Source: Diplonema japonicum (lineage: Eukaryota; Protista; Euglenozoa: Diplonemea). From it: a stretch of 64,000 nt of DNA. A program made the translations under genes and the position numbers. Position 1 is the first letter of the stretch. Each line of letters starts with the position of its first letter. This document shows positions 21,174 to 33,100 of the stretch, piece after piece. The notes under the pieces are model-generated. The model was not told the DNA's origin and ran no database searches. It worked only from the letters and a program-made list of their open reading frames with translations. The stretch covers positions 186,001-250,000 of the forward strand of contig OZ025718.1 of assembly GCA_964019335.1 (NCBI GenBank), given 5' to 3'.

Positions 21174-23441
21174 CTAAAGTGTAGTGACACTGTCAAGTTT
21201 CACCGACAACAGCCTGTCTAGTATAGCAGGATGGTGCCACCCCATGGCAGGCTGCCTTAAGTGTACATTGTCACGCAGCATGACGGCAACCCTCGTCAGG
21301 ACAGTGTCCCCGTTGGCCTTGAGCAGGATAAGAGAGTGGTTCTTTTCCTCGAACGCGGTTCTGTAGGCTTCGGACCACCCCCACACTTCGTCAGGACTCT
21401 GTGGTTCCAACCCATGAATACTCATCATATCGGGCCCAGTGCACTTCACTTCAAAAACTTGCATATCCACATCTGTCTCCATAGTCCAAGTATCGACAGG
21501 TCTGACTCTAAACCGCATGCTCGGAGCGTGCATAGCGCTGCATGAAGAACCCGGAACGGCTGCGTGAAGACTGTACGTTTCAAGTATCATTGCAGCTTCT
21601 GAGAGGTAACCAGATACGGTGACAGGGGAGCCGAAGATGGAGATGAAAGCATGGGCTGAACCGGTGAAATTTCCCACACAAACCTTCCCGCAGGCGATTC
21701 CGACACTTATTGCGGTGTTCTCGATGACACTGGATGTGATCAGAGCGACGAAGCGAAAAGCGTGTTCCAGGTGGGCGATGCACTTCCTGTTGGTGTTCCA
21801 CCCTGCTATGATCTGCATTCCTTGAAACGAAGCAACATATGCACCGCATCGTGCAAGTAGTTGCGTCACAACCTGCAAGCAACTGTTGATTACCGTTGCA
21901 TTGTTGAACGCTGCAGGAACGCACATTAGGATGTTTCCAATGGTAGCGGAGGGTACCTCGTTGAAGCTCGCCTCCTTCCCGACCCCTTTTAAAGGCTTGT
22001 TGTCAACCCTCCTCACATCCTTGTTGTCCTCCGCTTCGGTTTTCCCGGTATTTTTTTTACTTTCCAGATGGAATTTAACATCCTTTTCAGACAAGTTTCG
22101 CTCCTGCGGTGCTACGAGAGATATATGCATGTTTCCAACCCCCTTCAGCATAATGAACCCCATTGGGAGAATGGTCGCTTCTTTGATTAAAGACGCGGTT
22201 GCAACGTCAGATTGCAAATCGGGAATGAGGTCGGAGGGTACTGCAACGCAACCATCCATGCAACAAGCTTCGATTCGAGCTGCCTTGTTGACAGACCTGC
22301 CAATGTAGTCATAGCGGCCTGTGACGAAGGAATACTCGACTTCAACAGGGCCTTCGTAGATACCGATTCGCACGGTGAGGGGCGACAGCAAGTCCCCCGA
22401 CCATACAGCAAGGGAGAACATCTTTTGCACGTCGATTCCAAAGCCCATTGCACCATAGACACAGTCGTAGGCCACCATGAACGCATCGCCTATCGTCTTC
22501 ACCTCGTACCCGCCGTACTTAGCTTGCTGCAACCGTATGATCTCGTTGTGCTTCTTCAATGCTTTTTTCATGGCTTCTGGTGTCGATTCCCACATTTGCG
22601 TGCTGCCAACGATGTCGGTGAATACGATAGTTGCTTGGCCCTCTCTGCGTCCTGGAGGTGTTCTGTTCCTCGGCGATCTTGAATGCGGCGAGTTACCATT
22701 CTCCGCTGTGAACAGTGCCTCGGGGAGGTACGCCTCATACTCCTCCATATTCCCGAGGAGACCCAGCAAACAATTGTGCAAATCTTCCGGAAAAGTAGGC
22801 GACGACAGGACCAGGGCAGCCTGGTTGAGGTCGTACGACGACAATGCGGTTACAACGTCCCGCACGCTCTGCCGTCTCGAAGCCTCCTTTACCTTCACAG
22901 CGTGGACGGCACCTGTTGACGCGTAGCACACTGCAAGGTACCCACTGAGGTCAATACATGCCCGGATGATGCTTTCTAAAGGGCTTCTGACCCCACATGG
23001 CATGCCTCTGTAGAGACCAAAGTCGACTGTGTCTTGTATTGCGGTGATTACGATCCACAAGACGAGCTCCATGAGGAGGATGCGGGATGGCCGTTGGTCC
23101 ACCACCAAGTGCAACGCTATCAAAACCAAGAACAACGGAAGCGCACTGAACCCGTTCATGCCAGAGAACGTGGTGTCCAATGCGATAACCGACAACCCGT
23201 AGCAGCATGACATGAAACAGATACCTTGTTTTGTGATAGGGCGGTCCAGGGCCATCCACGTACAGGTCACCAACGTGCTTGTTAAGAATCCCGCACAGGT
23301 GAGCACCGCGTCTGTGTGGAAGCGGCCCACACTTACAGTCACTAGTAACCAGACTACGACGGAGCAGCATAGTAAGGAGCTCACAATGAGCACGGAACCC
23401 TTTGACCAAGGGTTGATGATGATGGTCGTTTGGTCTTGCAT
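21174..23441 (-). CDS. Multi-pass membrane class III adenylate cyclase with a second, degenerate cyclase domain
   Basis: TIVFTDIVGST, EVKTIGDAFM, RYDYIGRSVNKAARIE; about 5 N-terminal hydrophobic helices. Confidence 0.9.
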   Translation of the reverse strand: MQDQTTIIINPWSKGSVLIVSSLLCCSVVVWLLVTVSVGRFHTDAVLTCAGFLTSTLVTCTWMALDRPITKQGICFMSCCYGLSVIALDTTFSGMNGFSALPLFLVLIALHLVVDQRPSRILLMELVLWIVITAIQDTVDFGLYRGMPCGVRSPLESIIRACIDLSGYLAVCYASTGAVHAVKVKEASRRQSVRDVVTALSSYDLNQAALVLSSPTFPEDLHNCLLGLLGNMEEYEAYLPEALFTAENGNSPHSRSPRNRTPPGRREGQATIVFTDIVGSTQMWESTPEAMKKALKKHNEIIRLQQAKYGGYEVKTIGDAFMVAYDCVYGAMGFGIDVQKMFSLAVWSGDLLSPLTVRIGIYEGPVEVEYSFVTGRYDYIGRSVNKAARIEACCMDGCVAVPSDLIPDLQSDVATASLIKEATILPMGFIMLKGVGNMHISLVAPQERNLSEKDVKFHLESKKNTGKTEAEDNKDVRRVDNKPLKGVGKEASFNEVPSATIGNILMCVPAAFNNATVINSCLQVVTQLLARCGAYVASFQGMQIIAGWNTNRKCIAHLEHAFRFVALITSSVIENTAISVGIACGKVCVGNFTGSAHAFISIFGSPVTVSGYLSEAAMILETYSLHAAVPGSSCSAMHAPSMRFRVRPVDTWTMETDVDMQVFEVKCTGPDMMSIHGLEPQSPDEVWGWSEAYRTAFEEKNHSLILLKANGDTVLTRVAVMLRDNVHLRQPAMGWHHPAILDRLLSVKLDSVTTL

Positions 23442-23995
23442 TTTTTTTTTTTTTTTTTTGTCACAGTCTTTTTTTTTTATTCGGGAAAAAAAAAAAAAAG
23501 AAATTGAAGCGGGGGTAGGAATGAGGGGGGGGGAATAAAAAAAATATAAAAATGTCGCAACATTACTCCCGAGTACAATGCGTAACTCTGGCTAACGGAG
23601 GGGAAAACGAGGGGGTGTGTGGGGCTGGTTGAAAGTGTTTTTGGTTTGCCCCCCCTATTTTACCATTTTATAAAAGAAATATTTTTTTTCTCGCCCCCAT
23701 TATCCCCCCAGCCTTATTCGTTATGTATTTCACACTCTCTCATGTCACTCCTGCCCCCTTTTTTTTTTCCTTCTTTCTTTCCTTCGTTCATAGGGAAAAA
23801 AAGAAAAAGAGGGGGGGGGGAAAGAAAAAAAGGGGGGGGGGAAAGAAAAAAACAAACTCAAATTAAACCAATGGAAAGGGGGGGAACAAAAAGAAACTCA
23901 TATTTTATGGGAGTTTTTTTTTATAAAAAAAAAAAAAATTACGTTTTGTGTTTTCCTTATTCTTGTTGTGGTTTTTTTTCTTTTCCCCCGTTTTT

Positions 23996-25024
23996 TTAGA
24001 TGTTCACACCCGCACGGTAAGGCGAAAACCTCTGGAGCACCTCGGAGGAAATAGGGGGCTCGCACTTAACAATGTGCGCACCGTTGTGGGAAGGGTAGGT
24101 GATGAACGCACGCCCCTTGCACCCGATGAGCGCTGCGGCGTCGACCATGGCCTTTGCAATGCGCTCTTCAGGGCGCTGGGTTTTCTGTTGAAGCTGAACA
24201 CCACGACCCTCCACAAACGCCATGACAGCAGGGCCAGCACCGGAGAGGTAGGATCCGAGGGCGCCTGCATCGTTGGCGGCCTTCATCACCTGGAACACGT
24301 GGGGCATCACAACACCACGCTGCGGCTGGTGCAGCTTGTCGTCCATTGCGTACTTAAGGTTTCCAAGCTGGTTGGTTTCAAAGCAAGACACCAAAAACGC
24401 CAGCCTCTGAAGGTTGAACACCGCGTCAGTACGAGAGATCTCAGGCTTCAAAAGAGAACGGTTCTGCGCCGTTCCACCCTTCTTCGGTTCATCGGGAACA
24501 AACAGCACGCACTGAAGACGCTCGGGGACTTTAATACGGTGGGTGTACCATCTCTCGCCAGTGTGAAGCCCCATTTGAAGGCCACCGTAAATGGCTGGTG
24601 AGACGTTATCAGGGTGGCCTTCTATTTCAGCAGCGGCTTGAAGAAGTGCCTCTTCGCCTTCAACGGCGAGTTCGTGGCCGGTCAACGCAAGACCTGCGAG
24701 AAGACCTGCAACCAACCCGGCACTGCTGCTCCCCATACCCCGCATGAAGGGGATCTGTGAGACGACTGTGACCTTTAAAGGTGGGACGTCCTTCCCGGCC
24801 ATCAAGAAGGCCCTTTCAATGCCCTTGAGGATCAGGTTGGTCTTGTCGGTGGGGACCTGTCCTTCTCCCTCTCCGCTTGTGGTCATGCTGAACTCGTCGG
24901 CCCGTTCCACGGTGACCTCCTGCCAAATGTCGAGGGCCATTCCTAGAACATCGTATCCAGGCCCGAGGTTTGCTGTGGTTGCCGGAACCCTCACTGTCAC
25001 AGACTTCTTCTCGAAGGATGTCAT
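23996..25024 (-). CDS. thrB: Homoserine kinase (GHMP family)
   Basis: VRVPATTANLGPGYD, IPFMRGMGSSSA, EGHPDN, LHQPQR, LSGAGP. Confidence 0.95.
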   Translation of the reverse strand: MTSFEKKSVTVRVPATTANLGPGYDVLGMALDIWQEVTVERADEFSMTTSGEGEGQVPTDKTNLILKGIERAFLMAGKDVPPLKVTVVSQIPFMRGMGSSSAGLVAGLLAGLALTGHELAVEGEEALLQAAAEIEGHPDNVSPAIYGGLQMGLHTGERWYTHRIKVPERLQCVLFVPDEPKKGGTAQNRSLLKPEISRTDAVFNLQRLAFLVSCFETNQLGNLKYAMDDKLHQPQRGVVMPHVFQVMKAANDAGALGSYLSGAGPAVMAFVEGRGVQLQQKTQRPEERIAKAMVDAAALIGCKGRAFITYPSHNGAHIVKCEPPISSEVLQRFSPYRAGVNI

Positions 25025-25910
25025 TTTTTTTTTTTTTTTAAATTACTGTAAATTCTCTTGAAAACTGTCCCCGAGGAAAAAATTGAAGAAATGAAAAAAG
25101 AGAAAAAAAAATAAGTAAACGGGGGGAGGGGGGAAAGTTTTTTTTCCCGCCCCGTTTTCCCCACCTGCCCCCCCCCCCCCCCCCTTTTTTTTTATCGTAC
25201 TTTGTGTTTCTATTTAAAAAAAAAGGGGGTGTGAAAAAAAGAAAGGGAGAGGGAGAGAGGGGGAGGGGAGTAAATAAAGTGTGAGAGAGAGAGGATTACC
25301 AGACTACCCTTTTTTTAAAAAAAATCTTTTTGTCCTTTTTTTTTTGTTCGAAAGGCAGTGCCAAATTGACCTGATCTGAGGAAAGGGAGGGGTGAAGGAA
25401 TATTAGAAGGGGAAGGGGGAAGAACGATGTGGGCAAGGAATGAAATAAAAATAAAAATAAAGGGGTGGGGCAAGAACATGGTTTCTTTTTTTTTTCTCCT
25501 TTCGTTCAATGATGGGAAGGGGATGTTAGTATAAAGATCACAAAGAAACTGAGTCTCTTGTGTATCTTGACTAACAAGGGAATCCGTGTGTGAGTGTAGC
25601 TGAGAGGAACTGACAGTTGCAGTTGCACGGATACAGGCGGGATGCAAGTCCTAAAAAAAAAGGAGGGGGGAAAGGGAGCCCCCATTTTTCTTTTCGTCCT
25701 AGACACTTGATATCATCAACTGGGCCTCCTCCCAAGGTCCCTTGGTTTCCCTACCACCCATTTTCTTTCTTTTCTTTTTGAATCCCCCCCCTCCTCCCTT
25801 TGTACCCATGTTCGTTTTTTTTTTTTTTTTTTTGAACAAACTTTTTTTTTTTTGGGAGGGGCAAAAATGAAAAAAAAAAAAAAAAAAAAAAATACACTGA
25901 GCTGTATGTA

Positions 25911-26815
25911 AAAAAAAAAGGCGATGTTTAAGGGCAAATCCCACTCGAGGACCACCCTTAGGGGGGGTGGGGGTCTATCTCTTGATGCTTCCTTTTTGGA
26001 GCCTCGCTTTCGTTCCGATGGCGGATACCAGTGTCTTTCGCAGACGGTTGATGCGGTCCTTCTTCAGGTTGGTCTTCAGCTCTCTTAGCCTGTCCTGGGT
26101 TTCTCGTGAGGCGAAGATCGGTCTCCTTGCAAAGCCTATCGCCGCCTTCCCTCCTATTGCCATGAGGGACTTCACTCTCGTTTTGTTCTTCGCCGGGAAA
26201 GGCCTTTTCCTTCCTTGTAATGCGCACCTGTCGTTCACCTTTTGGATCAGTTTCTTGATCCTTCGCGCCTTTTCATCCTGCGTCATTCCCAGCGATCTTC
26301 GTGTCGTCGCTTCGAAGTCTAGGGCTAACTCCACCGCCGTCACCTCCGACGTCGTGTCTTCTTTAACCCATCTTAGCTCCGACATCCATTTCAACAGCGA
26401 CTCCGCGTACATCCGCAGTATCCCACTTGTCGTCCCGAGCTGTTCCAACGTCGGCGTCAAGTGCTTTACTCCTACCACTTTCCGTTCCCACGGCAGTTCT
26501 CCTCCAAAATCCTCCACTTGGATCAGTTCTTCATCACGTTTTGCTACTATCATCGCCAGGTACCTCTGCAACCTCTCCAGGTGTGCAAATCCGTGCCCCC
26601 TCGGCAAGATCCCGTGCAGTTCCAGGCAGAGAGGCCAGCCCGACCTGTCGCGTAGCGGTTCCAACCCGTCCCTCGCCAGCTCTTCCAGCGCAAGTGGGCA
26701 TTCGTACAGCTGGTGCCGTAGCAGCGTCACTGTGTTCTGGTGTACTGCTGTGCATATGTCGCATCTATAATTCTGAGGAAGCATTGTCTCTCCGGGTGGT
26801 CTCCCGTCCCCTCTT
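25911..26815 (-). mobile_element. 5'-truncated non-LTR retrotransposon: zinc-finger-like + C-terminal domain, 3' hairpin, T tail
   Basis: ORF with YRCDICTAVH..LLRHQLYECP and KWMSELRW..VTAVELALDFEATT..IGFARRP..QKGSIKR*. After the stop: hairpin TAAGGG..CCCTTA, AACATCGCC, T run. No RT domain is retained. Confidence 0.7.
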
Positions 26816-26844
26816 TTCAAAAAAAAAAAAAAAAAAAAAAAGAA

Positions 26845-27175
26845 GAAGAAGAAGAATGACTTTGGTTGCTTCATAAACCGCCTGGCGTACGAGCAACTTC
26901 TTAACGCTTGTAGCGGATGTTGCTACCCTTCTGTGCTGAAGGATGCATGGCTGCGTGGGTGGACTACGATAGGTTGCTGGCCTCGGCTGCGCCCATCATT
27001 TTTTCTCAGGACGTACACCCCACTTGTCAGCTCGAAGTCTATCACTAGTTCTAGCCTGGTTACAGATCCCTGCTTGTTCCATTCCAACTTCGGGAGCCAC
27101 TTGAATACTTCCGGCACAATCTGTGCTCTCATGAAGTTCATCATCAAGTGCTTACGGAACCTGACTAACCCCCTT
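26845..27175 (-). mobile_element. Second, divergent fragment of the same retroelement C-terminal domain
   Basis: VFKWLPKLEW..VTRLELVIDFELTSG aligns with LLKWMSELRW..VTAVELALDFEATT. Frameshifted, and ends next to a T/TTC run. Confidence 0.6.
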
Positions 27176-27679
27176 TAAAACAAAGGCGCCGGTACACTCA
27201 CACTGAGTTGACAGTCTTTTTTTTTTTTTTTTTTTTTTTTTTTCGGATTCTTCTTTTCATAGTTCGAAGGTTAAGAGTTAAGCAAGAAAGTGTGGAATTT
27301 GGGGGGGGGGGGGGGAGTGGGGTGGGAAAAAAAAAAGGTAAGCATAATGCAGGGAGGTAGGGGGGGAAAAAAAAAGAAAATGAGAAAACACAAAAAAAAA
27401 AAAAATATCGTGTGCGGTATGAGGGTTCAGAGTAACCACAATGGTACGAGGGGTTTGGCCAGATTTTCTTTTTTACGAGAAGGGGTATTTTTTTTTCTTT
27501 TTTTTTTCTTCCTCTTCTTCTCCCCCCCCCCCCCCCCCTTCCTTTTCTTCATTTTTCTACTTGAAAAAGCAGAGAGAAATAAAAAAGGGTGACAAAAGGA
27601 AGGGGGGGGGAATATTTATATATCGAAGAGATAATAAGAGGCCAGTGTTGGTGGCGCCCCCTGTGAAAAAAAAGAAAAA

Positions 27680-27800
27680 GAGGGAACTGGCTGCCGTTTG
27701 TTCAGTACTGAGGGTAGAAACCTGAAGAAGTTAATGACCCGTAAAGACTTTGCCAATGGGTCCCTTTTTTGTTTAGACGAGTCAAAAGACTCGTTTGTAA
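27680..27800 (+). repeat. Dispersed repeat family R2 with hairpin ACGAGTC-AAAA-GACTCGT
   Basis: Related copies at ~40005-40115 and ~50770-50930; the latter has its blocks in permuted order. Confidence 0.7.
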
Positions 27801-28323
27801 AAAATCAAAAAAAAAAGACTACATAAGCACATTCCGGGTCAGCGCAGCGCGGCGGCCGGCACGCAGGGCCCTTCGGCTCGTCCTGAATAGAAAGAAACGA
27901 AAAGAAAAAAAGAAGGGGTAGAAAATAAAATAAATCACTATGATGAAGAAATTGTTAGCAACGACCCCCCCCCAAAAAAAGAGAAGAAGAAGAAGAAGAA
28001 GAAGTGAAAAAATCGGTTTCTTTCTTTTTTCTTGTTTTTTTTTCTTTTTTTTTCTTCCCCCTTTTTATTCCCCATTTTCTTTTTTATTTTTTTTCTTTTT
28101 TGCCATACCCCCCCCCCCCCCCCTCTACCCAAAACCTACCAAAAAGAAATAATAATAATAATAATAATAATAATCTCATCAGAAAGTCGTTCTCGGACAT
28201 AAATAACCCAAACTCTCCCTTTTTTTCTTTCCTTCACCTCTCTCTCTCTCTCTTCCACCCTCCCATAAACAGCTAATGAGAAGAAAAAAAAAGTGGGGGG
28301 GGGATAATAATTTATTAATAATA

Positions 28324-28845
28324 GGAACTGTTTACTTGATTACAGGGGACGCACCGAGTTGTAGCTTTTTCTTCTGCGTTTCCGCGTCGTGTCCTTAATG
28401 CGTGGCGCTCATACAGTTTGCTGCCTGTTCGTCACCCTGAGCATCTGCGTTACGTTCTTCCAATTGGACACTACCGGTGATGTACTTCTGATCATGTTAT
28501 CCCACCGGCTACAGAAAAAAATATATGAGTTAAAGGAGGCCGGTGTTGGCGGCGCCCTGCACAAGAACTGTCCACTTGATTACAGGGGGCGCGCCGCGGC
28601 CGAGTTGTAGCTTCTTCTGCGTTCCGCGTCGTGTCCTTAATGCGTGCGGTGTACAGCTCAACCCCAGCCAGAGTGTCCCGGGTAACCAAGATTCGGCTCT
28701 CGTGCAGTTTGCTGCCTGTTCGTCACCCTGAGCATCTGCATTATGTTCTTCCACTCGGGCGCTACCGGTGATGACCGACGAGGAGGTCAACAGCGAACAA
28801 CACATCTGGTGTTTTTCTTATATTTTCATGTTATCCCCACCACCT
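28324..28845 (-). mobile_element. Two tandem copies of retroposon subfamily D (copy 28515-28845 keeps the 3' hairpin and T run)
   Basis: 28324-28510 and 28565-28845 are homologous. The end ggaggccggtgttggcggcgccct recurs at 27638, 36484 and 53258. Confidence 0.65.
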
Positions 28846-28910
28846 GAAAAAAAAAAAAAAAAAAAGAAAAAAAAAGCGCTTTCATCTCGTATGTGATCGC
28901 CTCCCCTGTT

Positions 28911-29966
28911 TCACTCAAAAACACAAACTGAAACAGCTTCCCTTGACTGTCCCAGCTCGCGGCAGGGCATCCATGCCCCGCATGGCGTGACACGCGGGGT
29001 CTTCGTTAACAAAGATGGGTAAGAGGGGTGGGACGAAGGGTAGAACCTCTCCACAGTACTCAACTGGGAAAGCTGTGAATGGTAACCCCCGATTACCAGG
29101 ATAGTGGAATCGATACACGTGGCACCCAAATTGACACAATTCTTCGAAAGATGTGCAGCGTGCGTCCACGAGTTCGCCCGTGGATCGTAGCACTCCACAG
29201 AATAATGAGCGGAAGATTCACTACTACCGCCCAAAACGTAGACAAGACCGTTCAAAGCGGTCGAGGCTGCAGAGAGTCTACAGGACCCCATGTTGGGGAG
29301 GGACTCGAACTCATCTCGGACAGCATTGTATCTGTACGCCTCAGAAGTTACAACCTCACCAGATGCTCTACAACCGCCAGCAAGATATACGTATTCATTA
29401 AGAACAGTTGACGCCATTTGGGAGCAGGGTTTTGGTAGCCTCTTGATGTTGCGCCATGTGGAAGTGGTGATGTCGAAAGACTCGTTTGAGTGCTGTTCCG
29501 TGGTGCCATCGTAGCCGCCTAGTGCGAATAGAGTATGGCCGACTGCTTGTAAAGCGAGGGATGAGCGTTTGCAGGACATTGGTGCGAGAGTTTCCCATTC
29601 TTGGACGACGGGATCGTAGGCCTCGCAGCTTGCCATTCGTCGGTCGCCGTCCCGGCCGCCCACTACGTATAGTTTTCTGTCTACAACCACGCACCCGACA
29701 TGCGACCTGGATTGTGTTAGTTTTGGTCCATCAACCCACTCGTCCTTCCCCGGGTGATACACTTCGCAGGATTTGAGTTCTGTTGAGCCGTCCCAGCCCC
29801 CCACTGCCAGGACCCCTTCCATGTTCAGGACCGTTGTTAGATACCTGCTCCTCTTGCATATCTTCCTCCATTTCTTGCACACTGTCATCACGTCTCTCAG
29901 CTCCTTCGCGCGGCAGTACCGCATAACCAGTTCGATGAGTTCAGGAGGTGCATTGTTGAACAACAT
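28911..29966 (-). CDS. F-box/Kelch-repeat protein
   Basis: PPELIELVMRY..VCKKWR F-box; several Kelch repeats (LYVVGG..YDP..W). Confidence 0.92.
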   Translation of the reverse strand: MLFNNAPPELIELVMRYCRAKELRDVMTVCKKWRKICKRSRYLTTVLNMEGVLAVGGWDGSTELKSCEVYHPGKDEWVDGPKLTQSRSHVGCVVVDRKLYVVGGRDGDRRMASCEAYDPVVQEWETLAPMSCKRSSLALQAVGHTLFALGGYDGTTEQHSNESFDITTSTWRNIKRLPKPCSQMASTVLNEYVYLAGGCRASGEVVTSEAYRYNAVRDEFESLPNMGSCRLSAASTALNGLVYVLGGSSESSAHYSVECYDPRANSWTHAAHLSKNCVNLGATCIDSTILVIGGYHSQLSQLSTVERFYPSSHPSYPSLLTKTPRVTPCGAWMPCRELGQSREAVSVCVFE

Positions 29967-30187
29967 CCTTTTTTTTGTTGTTGTTGTGAAAGAAAAAAAT
30001 AAAGTATAGAAAAAGAAAAGAGAGGGGGGGGGGGGGGGTAGGGAATCGCGTGGAAGAAAAAGGAAAAAAGAAAGTTTTTTTTAATTCTGATTCGAAAAAA
30101 AAAAAAAAAAAAAAAAAAAGGCTATGATATATAATAGGGGGGAAAAAAAATGATGGGGAAAAGAGGGGGGAAGACACTGTAATTGTT

Positions 30188-33100
30188 TTATTTAGCAACC
30201 TTTCGCTTCTTCTTCTTCCCACCGGCCGCGACTGCCGCGACTTTCTTCGGACTGCTTTCCTTGGCCTCCCCTTCGACCGCACGCTTCTTTGGAAGAGAAA
30301 TGACCGACTGTATCTTACCCGAATTGGTGGGGACGAGACCATCAGACTCGCCAGTGGTGGCGGCGGGTATCTCAGTAGAACGGAGCGCATCGAAATGCAC
30401 TTGAACCCGGTTAAGCGCTTTTTCAAAGAACGACACAAGCTGGTTGATACGGGTGGAGGAGAATTCCGTCTGAGCGATAATGTCATCAAAAGTAAGCCCC
30501 TGGAGACCAATCGCCATCAAAACAGCAGCTTGGGGGATAGGAAGGTTAACACCCGCCCCTCCATCAGGAAGGGCGTACATCGTGCCAGTGAAGTACATAG
30601 TAGCAATGATCGGAACGAGATCAAGGATGACGGATTTATCAACAAGTTGGCGTGTGAAGGCAGAGAGACGCTGCAGGTCGTACGGGGTAAAGTGTTGCAT
30701 GAGGTCGGATTCCGTTATCTGTTTCACGCCCTTTACGTAGCAGTCCCCGCCGTCCACCTTGACGTGCTTTAGTGCCTTCGGGTTGCATGCTACGCTCAGT
30801 GCAGTCACAACAGGCACCTTCCTGAAGGAAAGCGGCAACAACCTCACAAACCTCTTCCCGAAGTCGATGTTATACTTGTCGACCCACTCTTGTGCTACAC
30901 CGTCGCCAGCGTTCATCGACCGGAGCATGATCATGGAGTGCTCGCCTGTCAGGTCGTTTTTCCCCTGGCGCAGGTACACCGGTGCGAATGCGCCCTTTGT
31001 CCAGTAGTTGTACAGTTCCACCGAGAGCCCGTATGAGACCCCAATGTAATGGCATCTTTCCGGTTTCCTGTCTGTCAGTCTGTGCAGCAGGTGCGGTAGG
31101 TTGTCTCTTGGTCTGATCGTGAAGGAGCCGTCGTCTGCCTCGTTCGCGTCCTTCGCTTCTTCCTGCTTCCCCGGCTCCTCGATGGAGCAGATCTCACCGT
31201 TGTAGTACTTTGTTAGGAGCTCGAGCGCTTTGGACCCGTACTTCTGCCTCGTCATGTCGGGCAGGACGGCGATCCGAACTACACGCAGACCGGACAGCTC
31301 CGCGAAGGAGCTTTCCTGGAAATGCTGGCTAAGCGTGTACGGGATGATGTCCCCGTTGGGTCGCAGCCCCTTCCCGAGGTCTGTTTCCAGCTTGTTCGCC
31401 TGGATGCTCCCCTCCTCGCAGACCTGGATGACTGCGTACACGTCAGGCACACCGCCGTCTGTGGTTTTTTTTTTTTTTTCCCCCTTGTTTCATACTCCTC
31501 GCGCTCTTAGGATCAAGTAGAACAAACAGATGGTGGGCAGGGGCATCTGAGAGCAGCTGGATGTCGTTCGGGCTGTTCTTGTAGTGGGATGACACGTACA
31601 GTGCAACAATGCGCTGCAAGAGCTCCTCCGCCTGTGGGTGGTGATGGATGAAAGGGGGAGAATGAAATTCTATACCGCAGAGTGGTACGAAAAGAGCGTG
31701 TCCCTATTCACGTAGAACAGCTCCAGTTGGTCAGGGTGCACGGGCGCAGGGTTCTGCGCGCCGATCTCCGCGTCGAGACACAGGACGTGGTTCATCCAGT
31801 CCTCGACAGGATCGTTGCTGCCGTAACGGATGGGCTGCGTCATGTTGATCTCCTTCAGCGATCTGCCCCCAGTGCCTTTCGACTGTTTCTTCAGATCGGA
31901 GAACAGCTTCAAAGACAGCGACCTCCCTGTCCCCTCGTAACCAGTGATTGTGGACGACAAGAAGACAAGGTAAGGTCCCATCATGGACTTTACAAGAGGG
32001 AGGGGGATGGCAGCTGCTTCGTCGACGATGAGAAGCTCGGCTTGTGCGAACTTAGCGCCGTCGTTAGGGAGGATGTACTGCACAGTCTGGCGGTGGGACT
32101 TGAAGATGTTGATACGGATAACCGCTTGCGAGAGCTCAGCGGCCTCCGCCTGCACCACCTCGTAGTGCTCCCTCTCGACGTACCCCATCTCCTTCAACCC
32201 TCTCACAACGAACTCGAACAGTGTCTGCACGTTCTCAGGAGTTGGCGCAGTCACAAAAATGTTTGAGTACCCTTGCGTCACGGCACCCGCTGCAGCAAGG
32301 CCCAACGCAGCGGACCTGTTTGTTGTGTGTTGACATCTAAAAAAAGAAAATCATACTTCCCACGTCCTCTCCCGGCGGTCACGGTTGCGGTTGTGGTGAG
32401 CTTCTTCTCGGTAATGGCCTCCATCATGTCGAGGACGGAGGTGGCCTGCTGGAGGGTCACGCAAGCCTGGATAAGCGGGCCGACAATAGCGTTCGCTTTG
32501 AGCTCCTCCTGGAGAAGCTTGAGCTTCTTCTCTTCTTCGGTGAAAATGTCCTTTTGAAGGGGTTTTATCTTGGACCTGGTGGAGCTGGTGAAGGGGAGGA
32601 CTTCAAGCTTGTCGTTGACACAGAGGAAGGACTTGCAATCTGCGAGGGATAGGAGGAAACGCTCGTTGAAACGGGGGACGATGTCGGCATGCTGGGACGT
32701 ACGGTAACGGGAGTGAACGTCCATGGTGATGGTGTAAAGCTGTTTGAGAGACTTCATTGTTCTGATGAGCAGCACGACCAGACCGCCTCCCTCTACGGTT
32801 TCCATAGTGCGGGCAAGAAGGTTGGGGGTCAACGCCTCGAAATCCTGTAAAACGCACATCCCATATGTCTGGCCCAGGATTTTTTGTGTATCTTTGTAGT
32901 AGCAAAACCTGATTTTATTCTGGCTCAAAAAAACCTCGAACTCGTTGTTGGTGTCAGCGGAGGTGATGCCTCTCTCCACTTCCTTCTTGAACTCCACAGC
33001 CCTTCGTCTTTTCGACGCGCTCCCGAACGAGAGCGAGTCCTTGTAGCACCACAGCACGTTCACCTTGCTCTTGTGCATCGCCTTCGACACCATTGCATGG

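Noticed and set aside
27720-27760. CTGAAGA in repeat R2 and CTGATGAG at ~28175 (minus) as hammerhead cores
   Set aside because: No correctly placed GAAA or flanking stems.
27290-28280. Many K/F/G/P-rich ORFs in spacers here and across the window
   Set aside because: They are translations of homopolymer runs with no domain content.
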